From: Zygnema circumcarinatum SAG 698-1b
Taxonomy: Eukaryota > Plantae > Zygnematophyceae
Direction of reading: 5' to 3'
Assembly (NCBI GenBank): GCA_037447605.1
Contig: CM074804.1
Location: 930,001 to 994,000 of the forward strand
Length of the DNA: 64,000 bases
Made by a program: the position numbers and the translations under genes. This document shows, piece by piece, positions 24,731 to 39,600 of this stretch. Position 1 is the first letter of the stretch. The number at the start of each line of letters is the position of its first letter. Under the pieces are notes generated by a model. It was not told the origin of the DNA. It saw nothing but the letters and a program-made list of their open reading frames with translations, and did no database searches.

Positions 24731-26216
24731 AGGCCTCTGACGTATGACGCCGTGTGCCCGTTGACGACTACCCTGATGTGTCTTAAAATGTCAGCGGTGT
24801 CACTCTCGGTGTCCACCATCAGACTCGTCGGCCTCATCGTGCCAAGTGGGGCTATAGACGCCGTTGTCACAGCGGGGTCGACGATGCTGGGAGTGTTGGG
24901 CCATGTGACGGTGGCGTGTGTGTTGTTTTGTGTTAGTCTCATCTTCACACCGTGGCTGTCTATCAGTGTCCCCGATGTGTCTACGTCGTCGTACACGTAA
25001 CAACAGCCCAGGACCCTATAGCCCATGTTTGACAGCGTCTTCAAGTACTCGACGACGAACGAGCACGAGAAGACTGCCGTCACCACTGTCAGTCTTGGCT
25101 GTAGTAGTGCCGTGATACTGGGCGTCATGAAGTCTTGTAGTGTCATTGGTACCACAAGAGTGCCACTGCCCCTTAGTACCATGGTCCTGACACTGTCCGA
25201 CAACGACATGCCGTCCTTGTACACCTTGACATTGTCGCCAGCATACTTGACCAGTGATTGTGTCAGGGACTTGTCGGGCTCGAGTAGTATAACGACGACG
25301 GTACTGCCTGACAGCTGTCGTTGTCTGACACACTCTCGTATCGACGTCATGGCCTGCCCCCTGCCTGAGCCAACGTCCACCAGCACCTTGATACCGGCAC
25401 TGGACAGCGCTGCCCTGTACAACGACCCCCTTATCCTAAAGCAGACGTTTGTCACACGTCTTAGGGTGGTCGGATCAGTCAGCCTCGTGATGTTGCATAT
25501 GTCCTGGATCTGCCTCAAGGTGTCACTGCTGCTTGGTGACATCTTGTCAGTCCTTGTCTTAACTTGGCAAACTTGGCAAACTTGGCAGTGTACACGGGCT
25601 CACCGTCGACGACGTCACAGGTCACGGACAGCTCGACTATGTGGCCTAATGTGTCACCCATGTCTATAGAAGACCATGTGCCTATAGTCGACATGTCCAC
25701 GTCGTCCTGTAGTATCGGCCTGTTGTCCATGTTCAACACTTCTATGGTCCTGACACGCTTGATCTTACAGGACTCCATCGTCCCGTCTCTGATGGCCACG
25801 ACCCCGTCGCATGGGGTTCCCAGTAGGCCAGTGTCGACATCGTGCCATGCGTGCTTGATAGTGTCACGATACAGCCTCATGACGAGACCGGGTGGTGTTA
25901 GTCCCATATTCGACAGTCTCTGATACTTGTCGGTCATCCACGCCAAGTCGTGTTCATAGGGGCACCGTTGACTGCTGTCGTCTCTCAGGACGTCTATCAA
26001 GTATGTCCTGTCACTGCTGACGTACTCGACGTCTAACACAACACTAGCCTGACACTGCGGATGTGTGACGCTGCTGGGCACGACTGACACTACTTGGGTG
26101 TCGTTGAAGACGAGGCAGTAGTACCAACAACACCCCGCTAGTACTGCCCAGCATCTGACACCGTCGACTTTGGGCACAAAGTGATACCTACTCTCGTCCA
26201 CTGTCATGACGTCGGC
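24727..26216 (-). pseudogene. viral-type mRNA capping enzyme (guanylyltransferase-OB-methyltransferase), 5'-truncated, one frameshift at ~25560
   Basis: Nucleotidyltransferase motifs I KVDGVR, III LDVE, IIIa YLIDVL, IV DGVVA and V KIK; motif VI RTDK is in the next frame, directly before a SAM-dependent MTase (VLVDVGSGRG, ILLEPD). Confidence 0.85.
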
Positions 26217-26569
26217 CGCAGAAAACTCGCCTCGGCGCACTTTTAACAAACTGGTTGGTTTTCTGGAGGTGCTGTGGACCGTACGAAAATGTACGACAGC
26301 ACGGCAAACTGCTTCTCTGGCCGTACAGTACAGGAAAAGGCACGGTTTCAGTTACCCTTTTTGACCGAGCGTGACCGATGGCCGAGGGTCTTGTGTTGTA
26401 CAATTTGGACTTATGGTGGTGACGCGATGCATACGTCACATTTAAAACTAGAAACCAGAAACTAGAAATCTGGAAATCAAAACTCAAAAACTGTGGTGGG
26501 CGGAACTCCCTCCCTGGCGAGCTTTTAGGAGCGAGAGGGAGAAGCATTGCAGGAGGGAGGAAGGCAGCC

Positions 26570-29287
26570 ATGGCGGGGGAGGAACCGCCAGTGGAAGCCA
26601 TGGTGGAGGGTGAGGAGGAAGAGGAGGAAGAGGAGGAAGAGGATATTCCCCACAGCTTGAAGGTTTCAGACCGTATATACTATGGAAGCTTGGAAGAACA
26701 GGAGCGAGCCAGGCTGGAGAAGTTGCGTCTGCTCGCAGGGGGGGCGGAGGAGAAGAGTGTGAAGAAAGAGGAAGAGGGAGATGGAGAGAAGGGAGGCGGA
26801 GAGGGCTTGTTTTTTGAAGGAGGGACGCTGTTGGGAGCTGCAGGGCCTGAACGGAAGATGGAGGAGGAGGAGGAGGAGGAGGGGGAAAAGGGAAAGGAGG
26901 TAAGGGAGGGAGATGATGGGAGGAAGGAGGAGGTGAATGCTGTGAGAGAATTGGAGGGCATGGAAGCTGCAGTAGCAGCAGGGAATATTCAGAAGGTAGG
27001 ACCTGGTGCTGAGACGTACGAGCTTTCTGCCGAGAGTAGAAAGCAGAAAGAAGCGCAAGAGCAGAAGTATAAGGAGCTCCTTTTAAAGCGGAGGGCTCGG
27101 GCTCTTGCTGTTCCAACAAATGATAATGCGGTTCGGAGTAGATTAAGGGCTTTAGACGAGCCCATTACTTTGTTTGGAGAGAAAGAAATGGAACGCAGAG
27201 ATCGTTTGAGGCAAATTATGGCTAAGTTGGATGCAGCAGGAGAGTTAGACAAACTAGTGTCTGTGGGAGAGGGGCTGGAAGGAGCGGAGGAGGACGAGGA
27301 TGAGGAGCAGATTCCAAAAGCGGAGCTTTTTTACACGGAAGGATCTGTACAGCTCATGCATGCAAGGGGAGAGATAGCGCAATTCTCGCTTCCCCGAGCA
27401 ATGAACCGAATTCTGCAAGCAAAAAGAAAGAGAGAGTCACCAGATGAGGATGAAGATGAAGAGACAGAGGCAGTCTTAAAGTCCTTGGCATCCACAGCTT
27501 TACAATGCAGCGAAATTGGCGATTCTCGACCGCTTTCAGGATGCGCCTTCTCTCCGGACGCTTCCCTGCTTGTTACTTGCTCGTGGAGCGGATTGTCGAA
27601 AATTTGGAGTGTTCCGAGTATCGCGAATAAGGGAGTGTTGAAGGTGAGGTAGTTCGAGCAGCATAGTGACGACGGTTGGCATTGGATGTTTCAGAATTTA
27701 AGAATTGATGTGAAATTTGCCTTTTGAAGATCAGCGTTTTGCTGTGGTAAGCTCTGTGAAACTCGAACATATGTTTGAATATTTGCGATTCATTAAGAAG
27801 GTTTCCCTATTGTGCGTGCGTGGTTCTTGCAGGGGCATTCTGAGCGTATAACTTCTGTCGCCTTCCATCCTCGGGCATGTCTAGACCTTGATGAGAAAGC
27901 AGGCAATATTGCCACAGCCTCGGCTGATCGCCGGGCAATCCTATGGTCCCTTGAAGGCAAGCAGCTCCTTAGTTTTGAAGGGCACTTGGACAGACTTGCA
28001 AGGCTCGCTTTCCACCCCTCTGGAAACTACTTAGGCACTGCCAGTTTTGATAAGACATGGAGACTGTGGGATGTTCATACCGGCGTGGAGTTGCTGCTGC
28101 AAGAAGGGCACTCAAGAAGTGTCTATGGAATCGCTTTTCAATGCGACGGCTCTCTCGCAGCTTCCTGCGGGCTCGATGCTTTGACGCGGGTTTGGGACTT
28201 GCGAACCGGGAGGAGTATTTTAGCGTTGGAGGGGCATGTGAAGCCTGTAAGTTGCAGACAAGCTCTTCCTTTTGCCAAAGATTGGGTGATGAATGAAGCC
28301 TAGGCAATGTGCGATTCGATACTGGGCAGTGCAGGTAGAGGGAAAAGGGCTGACATTTTTTTAACATGAAAACATGCTTAGAATCTCATGCGGATAACCC
28401 TGCCAGTAGAAATGCATGTCATGTCATTCACAAGTCCGGAAACCCACCCAGGTTTAGGTCCTCTCCCACGACATGGTTTGCTGCGAAGCACTTCCTTTAA
28501 CGAATAGCTTCTCTCTCTCTCCTCCCTCCGCCACCTCCCTCTAGCCTTAAGCCTTTGACGTATGTCCCCTCCTTAAGTAGTTCTGAAAATTCTGTGAGCA
28601 GGGTCCAAGCCTACGCCGTCACCTCCTTTCTCGTTGGGCAGGTCCTCGGGGTTGACTTCTCTCCCAACGGCTACCACCTCGCTACCGCAGGAGAGGACCA
28701 CACGTGCCGCATTTGGGACCTCCGGAAGAAGCGCTCCCTCTACACCCTCCCTGCACACTCCTCTCTCGTCTCCCAAGTGAAGTATGAGCCGCGAGATGGC
28801 CACTTCCTGGTTACCGCCTCCTATGATAACTCGGCTCGGGTAGGGAGAGACCGCCTCTTCTCTTATTCTGATGGGGGAGAGAAGGGCCACCTTGTGCCTT
28901 GTAGGGTTTTGGAAGTTTTCACATTTTGGGGTTCTTGGGATTTTGTTTTTGGGATTGAGCGGAGTTGGGCGAGTGGATTGCGGTGTTGCTGCAGATATGG
29001 TCAGGGAGGGACTTCAAGGCGGTGAAGACTTTGGCTGGACATGAAGGCAAGGTCATGGGTGTGGATGTTTCTGCGGGTGAGTTATGCTGTTCTCTCTCTC
29101 TCCCTCTCCCCCCTCTCTCTCTCTCCCCCTCCCTCTCTCGCGCTATCTCACACACACACAAAGAGAGTGTTGAATGATAAGGATTTCCTGGTGGTGAGCA
29201 GATGGGGAGTACATCGCAACGGTGGCGTACGACCGCACTGTCAAATTGTGGGCCAGCGATGCCAAGGCCATGGATACCACCTTCTGA
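26570..29287 (+). CDS. PRP4: U4/U6 snRNP protein Prp4 (SFM domain + WD40 repeats); 5 exons
   Basis: RALAVPTNDNAVRSRLRALDEPITLFGEKEMERRDRLR (Prp4 motif), CSEIGDSRPLSGCAFS, and repeated GH...WD units. Confidence 0.95.
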
Positions 29288-29767
29288 CTGCAGATGTCGC
29301 CTCTACGAGAAGCAATGGGAAGGAAAAGGAGGGAGGGGGAGATAGCGTAAGAGGGAGCGAGGGAGAGAGAGCGCAATAGAGCGAGAGAGAGAGAGCAAGA
29401 GAGGGAGAGAGAGCGAGCGAGGGAGAGCGAGCGCAATAGAGAGGGAGAGAGAGCGATCGAGAGGGAAAGGGAGAGAGAGGGAGAGAGAGGGAGAGAGGGG
29501 GGGAGGGGGCACAGAAAGATAAATTCACCCTTTTTGTTAGCTAATACGGGTATCAAAGCCTGGGAAACATACTTCCATTTTGAACTTAGTGAGACTTTAT
29601 GACACTTCCTTCATAGCAGCAGCTGCATCAAGCTTTAAGGCAGCACAAAGGCTGTGTACCAAGTGATGCATAGAGAGCGATGTACCACCATAGTGATGTT
29701 TGAAACCTTTTTCTTACGTCATGTGTCCTTTTAACAGCTGTACACCTTGATCTGACTGATGTGCTTC

Positions 29768-32949
<3,182 letters not shown>

Positions 32950-33389
32950 ATTTTTGTTTGAATCCTTGACACTAAAGAAAACCCTATTCTATACTTTTTC
33001 AACTCTGCACAAAAAGTAATCATCGAGAAATCAAACGAACAAAAGCGTTGTATGCTGAAGTGCAAGCTTCTTGAGTAAAAGTACAGGACAAGGTTCTTAG
33101 TGTCAAGGAACTCAAATCAAACAAAAACATAATCGAACTATCTCAACATGGACAGGGTTTCGGCTTACTTGTTCAAAGGCAAAATAGAGAGGAGGAAATC
33201 GGGTTTTCACTCTCTCCGCACCTGCCTGCAGCGTGCAGCTAAGCGAAAAATCACGGTACGGACGTACAAATTCGCTGCAGGGTTGACAATTCGCTGCAGG
33301 GTTGACAATTCGCAACAGGGTTCATGGAATCAAAAGTTTCATGAAAATGAATGAAGATAAAGATGTCACGCACTCCAAGACGAAGATTT

Positions 33390-34237
33390 CACAGATCGGA
33401 CCATTAGACAAACCAGTCGACTGGTTGGCAACCAGTGGTTGCGGACCGAAACAACCATTCGACTGGTTTGGAACCAGTGGATGCCACTGGTTGGCAACCA
33501 GTCGACTGGTTTGGAACCAGTGGATGCCACTGGTTGGCAACCATTCGACTGGTTGCCAACCAGTGCCGCCGGATCGAAACAACCATTCGACTGGTTGCCA
33601 ACCAGTGGCGCAGGACTGAAACAACCATTCGACTGGTTCGGAACCAGTGATCCAATGGTTGGCAACCATTGAATTTCTGAAATTATGCCTTTTTGCAAAA
33701 ATGGGTCGTTTGTGTTTTTTGGTTGGTTGCCAACCGTTGACAACTAGTGTAACAAGCCTGATGCGTACAGATGCGTACGGATTCGTACAGCAGAATCGTA
33801 CGGTTGTACACGGATTCTGTACGGCCGAACCGTAATAGTTTTCTCCGAAACGCCGACGACATATTGGTAACTGTAGCGTTCAGTTCGCTACAACTAGTGA
33901 TTTAATGGTTGCCAACCATTTGATTTAATGGATATAACCATTCGACTGGTTGCCAACCAGTGCCGCCAGATCGAAACAACCATTTGACTGGTTGCCAACC
34001 AGTGCCCCCAGATCGAAACAACCATTCGACTGGTTGCCAACCAGTGGCATCCACTGGTTTCAAACCAGTCGACTGGTTGCCAACCAGTGGTTGCGGACCG
34101 AAACAACCATTCGACTGGTTGCCAACCAGTGGATGCCACTGGTTGGCAACCAGTCGACTGATTGCCAACCAGTAGACGTCCAACCATTGCCATCCAATGG
34201 TTGTCCAATGGTTGCCGATCCACTGGTCCGAACTGTG
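33390..34237. mobile_element. non-autonomous TIR DNA transposon (P- or hAT-superfamily type) with palindromic subterminal arrays
   Basis: 14-bp TIRs CACAGATCGGACCA / CACAGTTCGGACCA; exact 8-bp TSD GAAGATTT (33382-33389, 34238-34245); ~9+9 copies of ACTGGTT-N3-AACCAGT. Confidence 0.9.
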
Positions 34238-34854
34238 GAAGATTTGTCCTTTCCGAAGCGGAGAGGACAAATCTGGAAGACGAGCAATTGAGAGGAAGCT
34301 TCTTATGCTGTTCCCGCGAGTACTCTGAGAAAGAAGGCAAAGTCGCCTAAGCGCCTCTACATTATTATGGCTGATTTCGAGAGAATATTTTATTGCAAAA
34401 AACCGTGTTCCCACGTTTCCTCAACTCCGTGAGCACTTTCTGTTTATGTTCCTCGCTGGTTTGCCGTAAAAAACCATGTTATAGGGCGTGCTTTGCACGT
34501 CGAGCAGTTTTGGGCACACAGCAATGGATGGCGTAGCGATGATGTGTGGCGTCATCATGTCAACGCATGCATGTGTCATGTGTCAACATCATCATCATTC
34601 ATCAACCACTCTACATAGGGCCGAGATCATAGAAAGCCCACAACCACCTTCCCGGAGATCACCAATGTTCACAACTGAAGATGCCAGCACTCAAAATTTG
34701 CATGTAGTCCAGAAACTTTACTTTTCTGCCCAGTTTCTACAGGAATGTTTCAACATTTCAAATAGACAAGCGTGGAAGGTGATTTTATTTTGCTTGAGAG
34801 AGTATCAGTTCTGCGTGCTTGAGGTGCTGTATGCTATTATCATTAGTTTGTGCA

Positions 34855-35614
34855 TCACTCATTCATCACGGGCTTGTTCTCATTCGCCTTTGGCCTCGAA
34901 TCCTTCGGCTTATCGTCACCCTTCCCTTTGCTGAACACCATCAAAGAAGCAAAACAAACAGAAAAGGTAAGATAGCGAGATAAGCCAAACCCTAACAGAC
35001 TTCAATAACGAACCCCGAAAAACCCTAATTACAAAAACAAAGATAAAGGGGCAGAGTCCGAAAAAATTCAAGTTACTATCCCCGAGTTAGTATTCACAAT
35101 TGTACAGCCAGTGTAAAATGCGTACACCACTAAACAATTCTTGCTGACTTGGACCGACATTTGACAATTCAAACTGCGGACATACATAGTCGGTGAAAAG
35201 GGTTAAATTGAACAAGGAAGTGCCAGACTATCCCTAAAGCATCACTATTCGAGCTGCTGCCATGCACAGTCACCGCAAACCACAGACAAATTATAGGCAA
35301 AAAGATGACAAGCTTTCACAACCAGGCTCCGCGAGGTTAAGGTGGCAAAGTGAGAAGAAAAGCAAGGGTGCGCTCCCATTGCTGTCAGTGACTGATAAAA
35401 ATGGGATAAGGGAGAGCGGGGGAGAGACGACGAGAGAGATAGGGAGAGGGAGGGAGTCAGGGAGAGACTGCGAAGGTGACGGGAAAGCGAGACTGAGAGA
35501 GTGAGGGCAGAGAGGGCTAGGAACCACGAGAGCGGAAGAGATGGAGCGAGGAAGGGAGAGAAAGATAAATACAAGAGCGAAAGGAAAGCGAGAGAGAGAG
35601 AGTTAGGGGGTGGC

Positions 35615-35705
<91 letters not shown>

Positions 35706-35782
35706 AACCTCTTGTCTGCAGCCGCTGCGCCCTTCTGGCTGAGGAACGAGCGGAAAAGCGCCGAATTCACGTCGTAAATCAT
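34855..35782 (-). CDS. 49-aa conserved plant small protein of unknown function (exons 35782-35709 and 34930-34855)
   Basis: MIYDVNSALFRSFLSQKGAAAADKS|KGKGDDKPKDSRPKANENKPVMNE*; canonical GT-AG intron; I recall a very similar land-plant peptide (MIYDVNSPLFRSFLSQKG...ENKPVMNE). Confidence 0.85.
35620..35704. repeat. (GA)n microsatellite, intronic
   Basis: ~40 GA units. Confidence 0.95.
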
Positions 35783-35990
35783 GGCGGCAGCGGCGAGCTC
35801 AGCAGGTTCTCCCTCGCAGCCCCTTCCTCCCCCGTCCTTAGGGTTTCCGCGCCGTCCTCTCCTCTCCTCTCCTCTCCCCGCCCCCTCCCGTCTTTCCGAG
35901 GCCGAGCCGAGGCTGCTCGGCCGGCGCTACATGTCCGTCTCCATGCTGCGACGCTTGCGTCCGTTACCGTTCATTTCATTCGCCCTCGAG

Positions 35991-36042
35991 TCCTCGTGGT
36001 TCTTCTCCATGTTGGTTTCGGCCCATGTACATTTGATGGCAT
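35991..36042 (+). repeat. dispersed repeat, copy 4 (partial)
   Basis: TCCTCGTGGTTCTTCTCCATGTTG...CCATGTACATTTGATGGCAT aligns to the core of copy 3. Confidence 0.6.
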
Positions 36043-36608
36043 TTTGGAGGCACTCTGAGTTTTATTTCTTTTGATACAGCATGCCACCACTTTCAAGCGA
36101 ACTGTGAAGGTGTGAAATACCGGTGCTCACTCCGCAGCCTTTCAATCCAGAAGTCACCAACATTGGGACATGCTCGACTTTAGTTTGCAATGGAAAAAGG
36201 GCCTCTGTGGACCATGGGGTTGACCATGCATTAGCAAGCGAATTAATATGAGAGAGACGGGAAACGGAGATAATGGTAAAAGGGTGGGGGCAAGTTAGGG
36301 AGAGGGAGGGGAAAAGGAGTGGGAGACGAAGGCTGTGAGAGAGAACAGACGAGGGACGGCGATATCGACCAACTAAGTCATCTGACAGTGAAAAGAACCC
36401 ATTAAGAACTTAAAATTTACTGCACTATCTCGCACATATACACACTGCTCTCTGCTCTCCAACTCAGTCTCTAGCAACCCTACCTGCCCCTCGACCTCCC
36501 TCTGTAGAGGAGCACCTTTATTCTATCTGAACTCAATGCCCCGCCCTCCTCGCCCTCTAACCTTACGTTCCAACAAATACAACACCATGCATGCATGAAC
36601 ACTCATGT

Positions 36609-39600
36609 CTATCGGGCATAGGCGGCCCCATCGATTTCGTCCCTTGCTGTCTTCAGCAGATCCAGGCGCTTGAAGGCCTCTGTGCGCCTCGACATGACCG
36701 TCTGATCTTCATCCAAAAGCCGTGAGAGCTCTTTCCCGTCCTTCTGCCCCGCGTAAGCATAGAAGCTGTCCATGAGAGCCTTTTTCGCCTCTCGAACCTG
36801 CAAACAGAAAGCACCACAGAATAAGCATCTCCCTCTCCTTCTCCCGAGCCTTCACAACTTCATCCCAAAGCAGCAGCTTCTCACATAGATACAACGAGAC
36901 TGAATGTAAAACGGGCACTGTACAGGGAAGGCGGCCTATCGTTTTCAACAAAAAGAAATGCGGACCTGGCAGTGAACAATCGCCTTCGGAATAGAGTTTC
37001 GAAGGTCCTCCATCACCATCCCAATGTACGATGAAACATTGCTTCCTGCAAAGCATGGAAACATGAAACTTTAACTTCGCCCTTCCTCTCACAAACATTC
37101 ACAGAAGTTGAGCACATACAGGACCTCTTAACCTATAGTTTCCAGAATCATGGTTGAAACATCACAACAGAAGATCGAGACAACCAAAGGACTAAGCAAG
37201 CCAATTAAAGTAAAGCGACTCACCAATGCGCCGCAAATGCATCTCCGAGTAGCGATCAATTCCTGAAGACAACTTATCCTCCGGTGGGGGCGGCTTCTTC
37301 TTCTGCTTGACCCCCTTCTCATCCTTCTCATCTCTCTCATCATGCTGGGGCAGCTTCCTGAAAAACTCAACTGTCAGATAGCTGCTCTCCATCTCTACCA
37401 GCCGCAGCACTGTCTTCCGGCTCTCCTCGCGAAACTTCTCCAACGTGTTCGTGGCTGAAGCAGCAATTTCTGCTTGCAGAGATGGGAACCTATGTAACTC
37501 CTGTACAGAACACAGAACCAGACACAAACAACATTAAGGACTCCATAATGAAGGATGCACTTTGCGTCAGTTCACCCGATAGGGAGGGTGTCAAACAAAT
37601 CTGCGGAGTAAAAACCTTGCAATGCAAAGATTAGGGTTAGCTCGATTACGATCCATGAGCTAACCCACAAACGGTGTAGCTGTCTGCTCTCTATTGAGTC
37701 TCTGAAGTACGCAATGCAAGTACCCACCGTTGCCTCCCCCACAGCTGCACGTGTGAGATCTCTGAGGATAAAGTGAACTTCATCCACACATGCTTCTGCA
37801 GGTCCCTTGAACATCTGCAGGGCTCCATCGATAAGGCGCCTATAACCGTGCTCGGGAGCTATCAAATGGGGCTGGTATCCATCAGCTTCAGCTACCACTC
37901 TTCTAACATCTGCAGCCCAACACACACAACATTCCATGACCACATTTATGCACCATCCATCATCGCGAGACTAAGTAGTCTGTGATTGACAGGCTGCATC
38001 TCCAGCTCTTAGGCCTTTTCAAGTTGTTGTGAGGGGTCGAATAACCCTTCCATGGGATCTTTCAAGCTTTTCTAGCTTCTAGATGTGATGTTTAGAGATG
38101 GGAAAACATACAAATCTCCTTCTCTTAGCCCATCGTGAGAAATCGCACTACCACAACCACAGTGGTTCCTTAGGACACAAGGGCTGGAATTGCCAAGCGG
38201 ATGGTAGTGGGACACCAGACAGGAGAAAGAGAGAGAGTGGGGGAAACCACATACTTTGGAGAGACAGGTGTTTATCGAAAGGAAGTTTCTTGAAAGCAGC
38301 CACCAACTTGGTCTCAAAAACGTTATGTATTCTTTCTCCTCCAGGTCGCCTGAACATTTTCCAACACAAGTGCTGAACTTTGTGAAACGTGAGTACTGCA
38401 ACTCCCTACAAATAATCCTCTCTATACAAAATGAACGGATTGACTCTTCCAAGCTGCAGAACATAGTCACCCCTCAGACGGGGGAAAATAGGAAGTCCAA
38501 GAATGCCTACCCTCCATCGAGGTGGTCTTTGAAAATCTTGTCAAAATGGCGGCACATCTCCAATACAATGTATAGTTGTGCCTGCACTCTCACACATATT
38601 GAGAAAAGGTTCAGGAAATTAAATTGGAAGGGTGAAACTGGGCATCTAAAAAATGAGGGAAAGATGAGATGCGATTCATGTATTGTTATGCCAAGAAAAG
38701 GAGAATGAAGAGAAAGTTAAGTGGTTCCTCACTCCATGATCATCCCCAATGGGCCGGCCAAGCCCATCCAACTCCTTCTCCAGCTGATCAATGTTGTTGG
38801 CGATCAGAGACTGAATGCTCGGAATTTTGGACTTGATCACTTGCTCTAAATGCTGCTCAAACGAGGCCCCTCCCTCCCCTTCCCCCGTTCAGCGATTCCA
38901 GTAAAGCATTTGCCACTCGCATTCCTTAAAGCAAGCAACAAACCAATAGTGCTTCTTTCCTCTCTCTGTTTACACAACATCAGTTATAATATAAATCAAC
39001 ACTTGCATCAACAACTCCTATATCTCATACATAAAGGCTAGAAGTTGGGTGAAAGAGACATACTTTGCTCAGCATCTTGGCCAAGTACTCTGTTCCCATG
39101 CGGTTAACCAAGTGTGAATAGTCTGAACTGGTCTGAAAATATTCGCGTTCTTTACGCCGCGATGCCATCATGTCCACATTGCGGTTGATGTCGATTTGAG
39201 ACCTGTTCACTACTCCAATCCAGGGAAATTTCAAGCGGTAGGAACGCCCCTCCAGCACCTGCAGCCACCATATAAAGACACAGGCCACTCTTACGCGTGC
39301 AGGAAGAGAACACTCCAAAATAAAGGAGATTGATCATAAAAAGAGCGGTAAGAAAAAACGCAGAATACACTCTGTGCCTTTTTGCTCTGGCATTCATTCA
39401 GCATAGATATAGACTAAGTGAAAGCGAACAGAATAGCTGACTGGTTGAGGCAAAAGCACGGAACTAAGGAAGGCTTTGTTCGTGTCCCCAGACAGAGCGC
39501 ATGCAAGGGCAAATTTCTGTGTACAATTTTTCAATGGTGATGCCAATCTCTGAGAATAGTGCTAACTGATCGAATGCTTAACTCACATCCAGAGCGTTGG

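Larger units (their letters stand above)
24450..26220. mobile_element. endogenous viral element: fragment of a cytoplasmic DNA virus or linear-plasmid-like genome
   Basis: Intronless, microsatellite-free segment of distinct composition (GAC/GTC-rich) carrying truncated Rpb2 and capping-enzyme genes tail-to-tail; boundaries approximate, no TIR or TSD seen. Confidence 0.8.

Noticed and set aside
25025-25923. Plus-strand ORFs of 214 aa and 119 aa inside the viral block
   Set aside because: Antisense shadows of the capping-enzyme gene, with no motifs.
33400-34180. CRISPR-like array of palindromic repeats
   Set aside because: Spacers are 2-25 bp and themselves repeated, there are no cas genes, the context is eukaryotic, and the array is bounded by TIRs and an 8-bp TSD, so it is a transposon.
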